DNA of 64,000 nucleotides from Podospora anserina (taxonomy: Eukaryota): NCBI GenBank assembly GCA_017654855.1, contig CM030336.1, forward strand, positions 558,001 to 622,000, given 5' to 3'. The notes beneath the pieces are model-generated. The model saw only the letters and a list, made by a program, of their open reading frames with translations, had not been told where the DNA came from and searched no databases. The position numbers and the translations under genes are program-made. Shown here one piece after another: positions 23,587 through 36,924 of this stretch. Positions within the stretch are counted from its first letter, which is position 1. Every line of letters begins with the position of its first letter.

Positions 23587-26500
23587 ATGTGCAAGAAAGA
23601 GATTGTTAGGTCGCCGAAGAGGCTGTTCAAGAAGCTTTTTGGACGTCGTGGTGCAACCTCGCCCGCTCCATCTGCCACTCAGTCAATGGGTATGTTGAGA
23701 CCAAGCGCCAGACTGCAAGCCTTCTCGAAACTCACTTTTCCGACAGATATCCAGCCCCCTGAGCAGGGAAGCGCAAAACGTGGACTAGCGATACTTACTG
23801 GCACTACGACACAGCCATGTACTCCTACCTCCCCGTCCACCGACCACGATCAGGCGCCTCGACTTAGTGGCGATACAAAACCAACAGACCATCAACAGCC
23901 AGCTGCTACATTGAAAGCTCCACCCCGCGCCCTAGATATCGAACCCCAAGCCGAACCAAAAGCGACCGAGTCCATAGATCAACCAATCTCTGCGCTTTCT
24001 ACGTCTCAGAGACTCTGGGATACTGCGTACAACAGCCTCGCAGAGGGCAAGGACACTGCAGAGCTTGTTAGGTCGTACTTGGAAACACTGGACAAAGTTC
24101 TCGGGAACAAAACTTGTGAACCCTCAACCGTCGGCGTTTCTATCACACTAAAGGACTCAAGCCAGCGGCAGGCCCACATGAGAAAGTTGGTAGAAGAAGG
24201 CCAAGCAAAACTTTTCACACAGTCAAAGGTTATACAGGGTGTAGGCGATGCCGTCCAATTCCTTTCTTCAGTCAAGCCCATGATCGACCTGGCAATTCAG
24301 AACATACCGCAAGCAGCGCTACCGTGGGCTGGTGTTTGCATCGGACTACAGGTACATTTTTGTGTTCGGACGATGAAATTATATCCTTGACTAACTGGCA
24401 GCTAGATCTTGCTAAACCCAATAAAAGCGGTAGAGTCCAACCTAGAGGGCATTGTACATGTTATCTCTAGGATGGACTGGTACTGTAGCCTGGGTGAACA
24501 TATCCTAAGGCAGGACAACATTGTGGTTGGGGTGGAGAGCTTAAAGTCTGTCCAGCTTCAGCTGGAAAATAGAGTGGTTGAGCTCTACAAAGTTCTTCTC
24601 CTCTATCAGATGAAGAGCGTTTGCTCCTTCTACCGGCACCAGGCCTGGGTTTTTCTCCGTGGCCTTGCAAACATTGACGACTGGAATACCGATCTCAAGA
24701 ATGTCACAGACGCCGAAGCAGCTCTTCAGAACGATTTGAGTCAGTTTAACAGCCAGATAACCAAGAGCCTCCTAGCAAAGCTTGTTGAGGAAGCGGAACA
24801 GAGAAAAGCGCTGCTGGGAGGCATTCGGCAAGCTCTTCAGAGCGGCATCGCTGTGCAGAAGGAAACCCACCAAGCTATCCAGGACGGCAATGATCTGCAG
24901 ACAAAGATTTACAGAGATGAGAAAGATACACAATGCCTCCGGGACCTACGCTTAACTGATCCGCGCGATGACAAAAAAACCATCGAGGGGAGGAAGGGCG
25001 GCCTGTTACGAGATGCGTATCACTGGGTCCTCACCAACCCTGAATTCGAAAAATGGCGCCATGGCCCAGACAGCCACCTACTCTGGATCAAGGGCGACCC
25101 CGGCAAGGGCAAGACAATGTTGCTCTGCGGTATTATCGACGAGCTGCAGCAGTTGACTTTGAAGACAGGCGTTTTGTCTTTCTTTTTCTGCCAGGCCACC
25201 CACTCGTGGACCAATAATGCCACCGCCATCCTACGCGGCCTTATCTACCTGCTTCTGGACCAACGGCCATCCTTTATATCCCATGTACGGCAAAAGCACG
25301 ATCATGCAGGCAAAGCACTCTTCGAAGATGAGAATCGATGGGTTGTTTTATCCGAGATATTTATAAACATTCTGCAAGATGCGAGCCTGGAGGGCGCTTA
25401 CTTGATCGTTGATGCGCTCGATGAATGCATAGACGATCTGCCAAAACTTCTCAGATTCATTGTGGAGATGTCGCAACAGTTTCCTCATGTCAAGTGGATT
25501 GTCTCCAGCCGCAACTGGCCGAATATTGAGAATGGTCTCAACGCAGCGACACAGAAAGTACGGCTGTGTCTAGAGTTGAATGCGATGCAAGTGTCTCAGG
25601 CCATCGACGCGTACATCGACAACAAGCTATTCGGTCTCAAACTGCTTCAGGATGACGCGTTAACTGAAGACGGCGCCCTTCTGAAGGATCAAGTACGGGA
25701 TATTCTACGCAACAAGGCCAACGGCACATTCCTCTGGGTTGCCCTCGTTGTACAAGAACTCAGCCAAGAGTGGGTTGAGCGCTGGCATGTCCTAGAGATC
25801 GTTAAAGAAGTGCCACCCGACCTGAATGGGATGTACGATCGAATGCTCAACGAGATTGAGCGGAATAAACGGGACTCGGAATCTTGTCGGCGCATTCTCT
25901 CGGTAGTGACGGTAGCGTACCGCCCACTTTACTTGGACGAAATAGGCGGCTTGTCTGGATTACCGGAACAGATTGTCAAGTCGACGGAGAATGTTCAGAA
26001 GATCGTGGCCAAATGCGGATCCTTTCTCACAGTCCGAGATAACCAGATCTACCTCGTTCATCAATCGGCCAAGGATTATTTAAGCGACCAAGCCTCCGCC
26101 CTACTTTTCCCCGACGGCGCGGCAATAGTCCACCACGACATATCGAATCGGTCGTTAAAGCTTTTGTCTAACAAGTTACGACGCGATATATACGGCCTAC
26201 GCGTACCAGGGTTTCCTATCGACCGAGTCCGTGTACCGTACCCCGACCCTCTTGCCACAGTGCGGTACTCGTGCGTTTACTGGGTTGATCATCTCTATGA
26301 GTGGCAGTCAAGCGACAATATCAAGTACACAAATGTTTTTCAAGATGGCGGTAACATTGACGACTTCCTAAGGAAGCACTATCTCTACTGGCTCGAAGCT
26401 CTTGCACTTTGCAGGAGCATGTCACAGGGGATAACTTCAATGGCAAAGCTTGAAAGTATTGTTCAGGTAGGCTCTACCTAGTAATAGTAACGTATTATTA

Positions 26501-27011
26501 AGCAGTTCTGACAGGAATTTAGCACAAGTCGATTACGCCTCAATTACTAAGCCTTATCGCTGATATGCGCCGATTCGTTTTATACTGGAAATGGGTTATC
26601 GAGAATTATCCTCTTCAGGTATACGCTTCAGCACTTGTGTTTAGCCCCGCCCAAAGTATAACAAGAAGCCTGTTTACGCAGGAAGAACGGAAGTGGATTA
26701 CTTCGGGACCGATTATAGAGGATAATTGGAATGCGTGCCGGCAGACGCTCGAGGGACATAGCGCTACGGTCTGGTCGGTAGCGTTCTCGCCCGATTCGAA
26801 GTGGGTTGCGTCAGGATCACGCGACAACACCCCACCTTACCAAGGCTATGAAATTAGCTTGGGTAACAGATGGATTACGAAGGGCTCAGAAAACTGGCTA
26901 TGGCTGCCTCTGGAACATCGGCCAAGTTGTTCAGTTGTAGCGGCATCAACAGTTGCTATTGGCTGTTTTTCGGGACGCGTCTTAACTATCACGTTCACGA
27001 CAGACAGCTAA
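23587..27011 (+). CDS. Fungal NLR of the NWD (HET-D/E/R-related) type: NACHT_N + NACHT + WD40 domain reduced to about one repeat
   Basis: Introns at 24352-24405 and 26467-26522, plus a possible in-frame intron at 23690-23746. NACHT_N-like LWDTAY and PQAALPWAGVC; Walker A WIKGDPGKGKT; Walker B LIVDALDEC; KWIVSSRN; GTFLWVALV; VHQSAKDYL; one WD unit QTLEGHSATVWSVAFSPDSKWVASGSRDNT. Confidence 0.9.
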
Positions 27012-27401
27012 GCTAATCTTTCATTCTTTCTCTCTCTCTTTTTTTTCAATCATAGCGTGACACAGGAGGGGTCTGGGGGGCTCCGTTGATTTATAGCCCG
27101 TCGAAATACTCTAGATCCTTCTAGATCCCGCCTCTTTAATCAATCCGAGTATTCTATTTCGTCATGAAGACAGGTGGCTCTAGAACACTTGGTAGACGTC
27201 ATTTGGCCCACTCCAACAACTCGAGATCGGGCTTGTTAGTTTGATGTAGTTCCAAGCGCCACAACAAACTTTATTTGATCTAGTTCCGGCATTTGCGCAT
27301 ATTGCAGAGCCGCAGCACCTTGGCAATTCCAAAAGTGGCTAATGCACACTTCCTCTGCATTCGCAACTGCATGTTACGGGAGAGGTAGATAATCGAGGCA
27401 A

Positions 27402-27825
27402 GCGTCTTTCCAGAACCTGCCTCACGTGCATCTGATGCTCCGTCAGACTGTTGGAATATATCAGGATGTCATTGATATATGCCAAGCAAAAGACATCAAG
27501 GTAACCCATTATCGTCTCATTAATGAATGGCTGGAATGTGGAGGGGCCGTTGGTGAGGCCAAAGGGGAGGACCTTATACTTATATACTCCATACCTTGTT
27601 CTGAACGTCGTTAGTTCTTCGTCGTCCGGGTGTATGCGGATGCGATTAAAAGCTTATCGAATGTCGATCGATCTAGGTAAATATCTTTGCTTGTCTAATG
27701 TGGGCCATGGCTTCGTTAATTAAAGGCAGAGGGTATCTCTCTTTCCTGGTAATCGCGTTGAGTTTCCTGTAATCCACATAGAAACGGGGATCACCATCGG
27801 TTTTATTAACGAATAGCACTAGCGC
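27402..27825 (-). mobile_element. Degenerate Ty3/gypsy reverse transcriptase fragment
   Basis: Manual translation gives [36 protein letters not shown]...FNRIRIHPDDEELTTFRTRYGVYKYKVLPFGLTNGPSTFQ...AYINDILIYS (YxDD changed to YIND), with stops and a frameshift. Confidence 0.9.
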
Positions 27826-27939
27826 TACCTATAGTACTGCAAAAGCTGGTCGGAGGTGGTGATTCTATCGGGGTGGCCCTCACGCATATAGGGCTGTTAC
27901 AGTTAAGCTAACAGGTAAGACGGACCTTGTGCGGGGCAG

Positions 27940-28502
27940 GCACGGCACTACCTTGGCTCTCCCAAACACCACACAACCCTCGAGAAGCCACCTCACAGTC
28001 AGAGCTTATTAAAACTCGGGTATCAAACCACCAGGGTAGCTCTCCAAAATCTATGTTGACTACTGTGAATCGATTAGCTAAAGGTACGATGGCTGTCATG
28101 CACGAGGTGGCTTTTTTACGTCCGGAGGTCTCAGGACTGCGAAAGGCCAATGAGGCACTTAGTAAGAGACGAAGAGCCAAAAAACACGTGTGAGGCTTGG
28201 AGGGTCAATTACTGTACAAGAGGCACAGGATTTACTGGATTAAAAGGCTGTAGGTGAGCAGGTAATCCAGGAAAATGGACAAAGTGGTGGTGGTGCAGGG
28301 GGTCCCGTACAAAGGTTCGGTGCTGTGGCGTGTGCGGTAAGCCTGGCCATAATGTACGTACATGCCAGGAGGCTACAGAATCATCTGATTCATCTGTTTC
28401 CGATTCAGTTATAGTTATTTCCTAGTGTTGTGGTTGTGTAATTAAGGATAGTTGTGGTAGGGTAGTGGTGAGCCGGCCGCTCGCTTATCACGCACGTTAC
28501 AT
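27940..28502 (+). mobile_element. 3' remnant of a pogo/Fot1-type Tc1-mariner transposon with right TIR
   Basis: PWLSQTPHNP...HQGSSP...LRKANEALSKRRRAKK, then RLGGSITVQEAQDLLD* and a CCHC knuckle RCCGVCGKPGHNVRTC. It terminates in GCCGGCCGCTCGCTTATCACGCACGTTACAT. Confidence 0.9.
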
Positions 28503-28559
28503 TTTACCTACATCTGCTTCCTCAGCGGTATGGCGCAAATATGTCCTTCAAATTTGGAA

Positions 28560-28900
28560 TTACAACATTATGCGTTTCTTTTCGTCTCTCCCACTCTTTC
28601 GTTCCCTTTTTAGCGCCCTTGTAAACCCATGGTGCAGTCCTTCAAGAGTCTTCACAACAACCTTTCTCTGCCCATCCTTCAACTTTTCTCCCAACTCCAC
28701 AGTCTCAGGAGAGAAGACGTCACCCGAAGCTGTCACCAAAGTTATATGAAGTGGAAATTCTGCCGGGTCGGCCCTGGATGGCGACACACGCGGATCTGTC
28801 CTCTGGCTGACCTCCGGAACGAAACAATCATGGAAGAAGTGCACCATGGCTGGTGGGTGCAATCGACAGGTCGGTCTCGGGTTAGATCGCCACGACACTC
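28560..28900 (-). pseudogene. C-terminal fragment of an alpha/beta hydrolase (HSL/esterase-like)
   Basis: DPRVSP...LVTASGDVFSPE...LEGLHHGF covers the acid and His residue regions. Upstream VAI*PETDLS is in another frame, and no nucleophile region was seen. Confidence 0.6.
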
Positions 28901-29349
28901 CGGCTTCCACCCCAATTCGGATGAGGGTCGCTTGGCTACAGCCCAATGCCCAGCGGCCACAATGGGCTTTGCCGACCAATTTCAATATCACTTGGAGGCA
29001 CTTGATTTGCCAGGCGCGCCTACTCGGAAGCCAATGATATGCCCCCCGACATGGTCCCTGCAGACCTGTCAGAAGTACGATACACTCTATAAAGGTAAAT
29101 ATAATAGGGGTTACCACTGTATAATTATATTGCTTGTCCTACTTGTTCTTTAAAGCCAGAGAACCTCCATTATATCTATACATGGTGACAACGTTGGTGG
29201 CAAATGGTACCATGTCCAGCTGAACTGGTTACGTCAGTTCAGCTCCCCTGAGCTCCATTCAGCTTGGTTGACCAGAACCCCTTTCTGTCTGACAAAACCA
29301 CCCCGCGCTCCAGAGCCAGAACCTTTCGCGCCCACAGGCCAGGCGACGC

Positions 29350-29526
29350 TTCACCTACCAAGTGTGTGGCATATCCATTAGTCGCGAGAGGGACCTCAGG
29401 TGCCACATGAAGATGCACGACAAGACTGAGAAAATCCAGTGCCCCCAGTGCACCAAGACGTTCACACGCCAGGATAAGGTTCGCGACCACCAGCACTGGA
29501 GCAGCACTGACCAGTTTGATCAGTGA
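29350..29526 (+). pseudogene. Fragment encoding two C2H2 zinc fingers
   Basis: FTYQVCGISISRERDLRCHMKMHDKTEKIQCPQCTKTFTRQDKVRDHQH; the first Cys position reads Tyr (TAC). It could alternatively be the last exon of an unresolved gene. Confidence 0.6.
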
Positions 29527-30089
29527 CATCAAGGAGGGATGGAGCGCTGAGTCAGGAATATAATGGGGAGCCTGCGACTTTTAGATGCTCAAGTGAAGCT
29601 TATCGTTCATTGCATTATATACACACATTTCTTGCATGTTTCATAGCGCGATAGTTCTATCCAACTCTTTACACTCTTCCATTTGACCTGCGTTCAGCTG
29701 GTCTGTGACACCTGGGAGATGTAGTGTCACACGGCAACCGCTAACAAACCTGGGCCACGACCAATATCACACCACGATGAGGGATAATTGCAGGCTCTGG
29801 TCCAATCGTTGGGTGATGAGACAAGACTCATGATGCAGGGCGCTACGGTAGCCATCTCATTAGCTTGTATTTATATCAAACAAAGAGACAGGCCTTGGCG
29901 GGCGCCTAAAACCCTTAGGACACAGCCTACCAGAAGAAGGATAAATACGCGTGGAACGCGACAGACTGATCAGCCGAAAAGAATCCCCATCAAGGATCTT
30001 GAGGCCACTAAAGATCATTAGCTGAATTGAACCACTGTTCCAAGCTCTGATATCTCGGCCCTTGTCACATGTAGCCAGCTGTCACACCA

Positions 30090-33000
30090 TCAGTCCGAAG
30101 TGACAACCGACCACGACTCTGCCGTAAATGAAAGCACATCCCGAGTCCTCATTTTCTCCGGATCAATCAAAACCTTCAGCCTAACATTGCCAGCCGCGAG
30201 ATTTAACACCCGGAAGATGACATACACCGTCCTCCTGTTGCCGTTTCCATTCGTGTTCTCTTGCATCTGCCATCAGTCAGCTTCTATCCCACCCAGAGCA
30301 ACCGTCCATCGACAAACAACTTACCCTGCGATACTGAGCTTTGCTCATAAAAAATCGCGTGCCGCACCCACTTGTTGTAGCTTTTACCTCAATGAAGTAC
30401 CGCGGCCTCGCAGTTGTCCAAGAGTTGGCGTTTAGGTACCCCCTGTCAATGAGAAGCCTCGTAAACTCTCCGTCGTTATCATCGTAGACAATGTCAGACG
30501 TCTCATTTCCAACCCATGCCCTGATATCCGAGTACTCTGGATGAACGGAGACATAGTGACGGATGGTGCTCTGCCAGTTGGCTCTTGAGAACCCTGGAAG
30601 GGCTGGTTGAAGTCTGGAGAGGAGTTCGAAGACCTGGAGGATCATCAGCAAGGTTCCTTTTTGTTGACAAGAAATACCTACAAAAAGCTCGCCCGCGGCA
30701 CCAATCTGCTTATCCCGCTCCACCTGACTGGCTGATCGAATCTGGTAAGTCTCCCCTTCGGACCCGTCCTGATTAGTACCGCCCGGGAGTGCGGCTCGAA
30801 CATTGGACATGTCAAAGGCGCCTGTTAATGGAAAAGTAGCTGATCTGGCAACCCTGACGACGTTGCGCAGAAGACGAAGGTATGTGTCCCCTTCCACGGC
30901 ATATGCCTCCATTGGTCGTAATGAGGGCCTGGAAGATACATAGCGATTCTGCGCGGCTACATAAGACGGATTAAGAGGTGCAGGGGACGTAACTGAGGAC
31001 TGTGGTGTCGCTATGTCTGAACCCTCGTCATCGCTAGACTCGGCTTTCTCCATGCCCTGATGGGGCATTGCCTGAGGGCTTGGACTGGATGAGGTCTCCG
31101 GTCCTGGCACCACAGTCTCCTCAGTCGGATCTGAGATAGCAGGGGATGCAGTTCTGATGTGAACGAGCGCGTTGTGCTCCCCGACTTCCTCGCCGTCAAT
31201 GTTGGGGATGTCGACTCCGCTGATGCCCTGTTCGGCGAGGATGTCCCCGAGAGCAAAGGCTTTGGCATTGAGGACGCTCTGGACAGCGGCGTATGCTTCG
31301 GACGCTACCGGCTCGGAAATTTGTGTTGTTGGATCTCTTATGAGCCATTCACAAAGGCGGAGTGGAAGCTTGCTGTTGAAACAGACTTCTTGACCTCGTT
31401 CGTTTCTTGGGACGTAAACTGAAAGCTCGTCGTTGTCTTCACGGATGTGAAGGAGCACAGATTCTCTCTCGACGCGGTGGACTTGGTTGCCTTGAGAGAG
31501 AAGGAGCTCAGCCGTGGTTCCGTCAGTTTCAAGGGTCCTGGAGCTTCGAAGGTAGGCGTAGAAGGCGTTGGGGGTCAGTCGCGTTCGGGGGCTGCTGAAG
31601 TGTACCGCAATGCTATGTGATAACCGTTAGCCTAGTTCGCTGTTGAAAGACCAAAGTAGCTTACCGGAGTAAAGCGTGAGCTTTTGCTCTGATTTCTCGA
31701 TGAGGAAATGATATTGGTCGTGTTGACTCTCTGTCCGCAGATGTAATCTCCTTGACGGATGCGGATAAGTACCGGTCTCCCAGGCCAGCCCACCGAATAA
31801 ACGGCTGGAGAGTGTGAAGCTCCAGTAGATCAAAGTCGAGGAATTTTGCGACATGCGCAAATGCTTCGCCAAGGGGTTTGCGGTCGAGCAATGAAAACGC
31901 GTCGTCACCCCTGCACAGTCTGATATCTCCGTCCGGAAATCGTACTGGGAAAACGCGGTTTTCTAGAATTGGGGCCGGGTCAAAGTCTCCTGAACCAGCT
32001 TCCAAGAACGAGTTGAACACCAGCAGAGTCTCTCTGGCTTCCCGGACTGAGAAACTTTCGTCATGCTGTGCCTTGAGCTTATCGTATACCATTTTGGCGG
32101 TCATCTTGGCGACCCCCAGGGTGTCGACAAAGAAGCCCCTGAGACCGCCATAGACACCATCAAGCACTAGTTTGCCTCCGATTGTAGTGGCACTCGACCA
32201 CAAGCAATCTGAAACCTTATGCCAGGAAACTTCCCCATTGTCGTCCAAGGAAAATATCAGGGCTTCATCGAGGAAGGCTTGCCTGGTATCTGTTAGCTTG
32301 TGTGTGAGACAAATACGCGCAATTTGTGGTGAATACTTCAAGTCTCTGGCTTGATCTCCGGTCAAGCACATGTCTGAAAGACATGTGTACAGCTCCGTCG
32401 CCTCTGTGAGTGTCATCTCCTTATAGTTTTTTTGCCAGCGGATTTCCTCGACGATATGATTCCAATCGGCCTCGGCCGGAATGTTCAAGGTATGTACGAA
32501 AAACATCTCTAAAAGCAGGATCTGGTCTTGTGAAAGCGAGAAGGCGCCAGAATATAAGGTCTTCAAAACGACTGTATGCATCAGATCGACTGGTGCCGAC
32601 CAGAGACAGTCCTCCGGTGTCACCCATTCATCAGGAAGATAAACGTAAGATTGCCCAGAAGTAAAAGCCGTCCTGAAAGTATGTCAGTACCGCGATGTAA
32701 TTTGCGTCGACATTGTTGACAAACCTGATCTTCTCCCGGCAACCTTCAGGGTTGTTCGACTCGCCAACCTTGGATTGTAGATAAGCGTAAAGCTGGTGCA
32801 TCCGATCCGGCCTCTCTAACGGCTCTGCAAACCGATTTGGGTCGATATGCTTCAGCACGACCAGCGCAAAGTCCAGGAGTTGGCCATCATGTGCCAGCCC
32901 GAACGCAGATATCAAGCCGCTCCATTCCAAAAGGGGTGCGGTACCGCTGAGAGGAGCCTCCAGCTTCAACCACGGGAAGAACTCGCTATCAGTCATAAAT

Positions 33001-35544
33001 CGACGGCATAGTTCGAGCGGTTCCCCATATGGAAGATACGTCGAATTCAGAGGCCGAAGAGTAGTTTCCGGTCCTTGACACAAAACTGGGATTTGGCCAA
33101 TGGCTTCGATGATTCGGTTGTCAGGTCTCGCCTGGGACTCGAGTACTCTCGCCCAGCTCTCCCGCAAAAGCCCTACGAACTTTTCGGGTCTGTTTTTTGC
33201 GACATAATTGCCGGCAGAAGTGAGTTCTCCTCTCTCAAAATCATAGATTGGAACCGACTCGGACAAATTGCAGGCCATAGCCAGCCATTCCTCCCACCAG
33301 ACAAGGCCATCTTCGGTTGGGTTGGGCAAGCTTGGAGGGTCTTCAAAGTAAGCTTCGTGTATGAACGAGACTTCGAGCCCGGGTGCACCGCATCCGTAAT
33401 CGGATCCGGGCGCGGTGGGGCGGAAGAGCTGTTTCGCGCCGTAGGGGTCGTCGCTTTCAGTGTAAATGTCCACGTCCCATCCGTTTTGGAGTACCCCGCG
33501 GTGGTTGAAAATCCGCAGCCTGCCATACTCGGTCTGCGCGGAACGTTGCGTGAGGAATAGAAAGCGAAGATATTCAACACTTTCCGCGAGTGTGAGGGGG
33601 CCATTCTGACACTTGCTGATAACGGCGCTTTGGACATCTGCAACGAATGCGTTCTTCACACCCACGGCGTCAAAAAGCTGCTTTCGAGCACTGTTGGCGG
33701 CAGCCGCAGGATCTGTCACCTTGAAGGGAAGGCCCGAGGGAATCACAAGTTCTGTGCCCTTAACTTGGGCATAATAAACCGGCCCGGGGATTGTTGACGT
33801 CCATTGCCCGGTTCGAAGTGGTAACAGTTGCAGCGCTTTTACCTCGGAAATTCGCGTGTGGCATCCCATACTGAATGGCAGGTGCAAAATCTTTGCGACG
33901 CGTGTTTGCCAGTCCTCGTCGACTTGAGTTTTTATCCTCGATGTTACCGAGGCGAGATCGGCTCTTGCCCTCTTGACGATTCCGTCCATGCCTATATACC
34001 GCAGGCCATAGTCTTCCAGTCGGCCCAGGTCGGATGTTTGGTACTGTGAGGAAAGGTATTTCTCAGGGCTTATATCACGGAGTAAAGGCTCGCCGTGCCT
34101 GTCCAGACTAATGCTTGAATGGTGCAAACAGTCGTCTATCAGCCGAAGCGGCCCTGGCTTGGCCGGGACTACAACCGGGGTGGACATAATGCGGTCCTTG
34201 ATCTTTGTGATGACACCTTTCCAGAAATCGTCCCAAGGATAAGCATCCTGTTGCGGGAGGTATTGCATCCACTGGAATCGCAAGGTAGGGTGATCGCACA
34301 GCTGGAGAACAGCTTTGATGAAGGCATCAGCGATTCCTGTCGCCAGCCCCTGGTTTCTAGTCGAGGTTATGACGATGTCCTGACGGTTCGCTTGGGTATC
34401 GAAGTCGGCGTGTATAAGGAACTTGAACCCCATTTGTCGGACGGGTAGAAACGCAAAGAGCCATTGGTTATTGACAACGGGCACAGAGATTGCAGTCATT
34501 GGAAATGCCAGCACCACTTCTCCCCGAGAATACGCTCCCGAGGACTCTTCTGACTCGGAGTAGGTGCGTCCTTGGGATCTGGCAAGACCTGTAGCGACGT
34601 GATCCGTGACGTGGTAATGTCGAACTTCTGTTTGGCCCTCCTGCCCTAACAACAATGTATGTTTTGTGCATACAGCCCTGGTCCCTGTGCGCTCAATCGA
34701 ATGGGTAATGACCTTGTATGGCTCATCAGCTTCGCCTTTCTCCTGGTCGTAAAAGATAATTTCAATCTCTCGGATCTTCTTCATGAAGAGGAGGATCGTG
34801 TCATGGATCTCGTTCAACTGTTGGTGAATGACCTGGTTTCGTCTCTCCCTGTCTTCAGGGGTCTCCGCATGCTGAAGATCCAGAGTGATGCGAGTGCACT
34901 GGTCTCCAACAGATGGGCCAGCCTCTTCCCAAATCGGCGTAATCATGCCCATTCCTGGGTCACCTTTCCTGTGGGTGAATTGGAAACACAAGTGACCGGA
35001 CTGCACATGCACTCGATCCGCCGCCATGAAAACGGACTTAAACCCAATGCCCTTCTCACCGATATAGCCCTGGACAGCCGTCTTGGAGCTCTTGCCGATG
35101 TCGCATATGGCTCTCAGGTTGGCTTTGGTAAAGCCGTCTTCGTTGCACTCCAGGACCACGTGGTTCGGATAAACGCTAAACGATACTTTCGGGACTTCGC
35201 CATGTGCTAGAGCTTCGCTATAGTCGTTATCCTCGGCGTTTTGGAGCAGCTCGAAGATAAAGCGAGCGGTACTTGTGTATAGGTTCCGAGCGAGTCTACA
35301 TACGTCTCATTTAGGGTCAGTGGATACAGGGCAAGGCGAAGGAAAACACTCACGTCATCACAGATGAGCCGATAAGTCGATCTCTCGTGTCAAGAGCACG
35401 CTGAAGCTCCTGGAGGACGGCCTCGGGCAGAATTCCCGTCACGCGGTCCCAAGTCTCTGGTCGGATGCGGCCGTGGCTCTCAGCGATGCTCTCCACGAGC
35501 TGTCGGGCCTCTGCCCGATTGGACGGGCGGGTTGTTGCCGTCAT
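30090..35544 (-). CDS. Large multi-exon sacsin/NO VEIN-like protein: N-terminal GHKL (HATPase_c-like) ATPase and C-terminal DUF3883-type PD-(D/E)XK nuclease-like domain
   Basis: ATG at 35544; introns include 35353-35296 and 32724-32673; TGA at 30092-30090. The spliced product has FIFELLQNAEDN, CNEDGF, ICDIGKSSK, IGEKGIGFKSVF and FLIHADF. The C-terminus has IGAAGELFV, SDIVYDD, YFIEVKATT, FFMSKAQY and YVIFRV. Confidence 0.85.
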
Positions 35545-36374
35545 GTTTGCCGAGGCACATGGAAAGAAACCAAAAGGATGTTTGTAGTTCTATGTGTTGG
35601 CGGCAGGTTCTCCTTTATGCAGGGCTATTTCCTCCCTGGCGGTTGGCGCGGCGAGTTTTCCGGCTGCGCCGTTGGCCTGCGAAGTCTTGCCGCCCGTTTA
35701 AACCTCACATGTTACAGGAGACGCATTGAACCAGCGTGTCGGGTCAACATGAGACAGAGTCGCCAGGGTCTCGGCCCGGAAATGGACGGGTGGTACCCCA
35801 CGATGAATGCTGTTTCCTCACTGGCCCCAGGAAGACGAGGTAGCGTCAATATTTTCCTCTTAGGAGACCCAAACTCAAAGCGGATTACTACACGGGTATA
35901 GGTAATTCTGCTAGCCTGGCATCCCTCACCTTTTACCACTGAAACCCATTTCAACAGGCTTTAAGAATTATTATCGGGGCCATTAAAGTTGTTAGTAGGC
36001 CCTGAGAATTGCTCTTTTGGCCTAAAGAAGGTTGTGTTAGGACTCAAAAATAAATCATAAGACCTATAGGATAGTTTCGGAGGTTGGTCATGCCCGTCTA
36101 GCAATACTCAATTCAAAGTGCAGCTTGTGTGATGATCTTTCAGCGACTCGGCTTTATAACAAATTCAAAGGGACCCAGCGCACTCCGCCAACCCTTTGAG
36201 CCTAACATCTGAGGACTGCACTGCGTCGAGTTCGGCCAGCGGAGAAAACCACATATCCTGTTGTTACCAGAGTGTCCATATTGCTACTGTTCGAAGGACT
36301 CCTCCATTCTATGCTCTACATCAAGCCTCCCTCTTCTCACTTTTCACTTTAGACAACAGCTAACACTGGCAGAT

Positions 36375-36924
36375 CTAAGTAGCCTTCCTCTTCATAACGC
36401 AGTATTGAATCACCGTCAGGAAGAAAAGAATCGTATGAATCGTCCTATCACTGTCAGCAAAATCCCACCCCGATTCAAAAGTCAACCCACGCAGCGAGAT
36501 AAACCCCCGCCATCGCCACCGTCGCCGCAGTCGCCATGGGCCCAGCACTGCGCCTGCAATCAAACTTTTCCTCATCCTTGTACGAGACATATCTGCACCG
36601 CTCATACCTTGCCGCTTCATACCCCAGGCTCGACGCAGCAGGCAGCGCAAAGCAAAAAATCACCGTGACGAGCTCGAGGATGTACAGCCATTTGGCTGGA
36701 CATCGACGAATGCGCGCGTTGGCGAGGGCCGCAATTTCGGTAATGTCTTCGCCGATAGTCCAAAATGATGCGACGAATGCGCCGATGGTGGTCACGGCTT
36801 CCTCTGGGATTTGTGCCGCTGAGATGGCGGATGAAATGATTGATGTGAAGCATGCGAGGAGGGAGAGGGAGTGCAGCGCGGTTAGTACGATGGCGAATTT
36901 GCTGGGCAGGCGATCGCGCGCCAT
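36375..36924 (-). CDS. Small four-TM membrane protein (MARVEL-like topology)
   Basis: Four hydrophobic segments. The intron 36490-36445 (GTGGGT...CTGAC..TAG) joins VYLAA to TIHTILFFLTVIQYCVMKRKAT*. Confidence 0.7.

Noticed and set aside
35700-36090. Possible LTR ending in TCAACA near 35955
   Set aside because: No 5' terminus with a matching TSD was identified.
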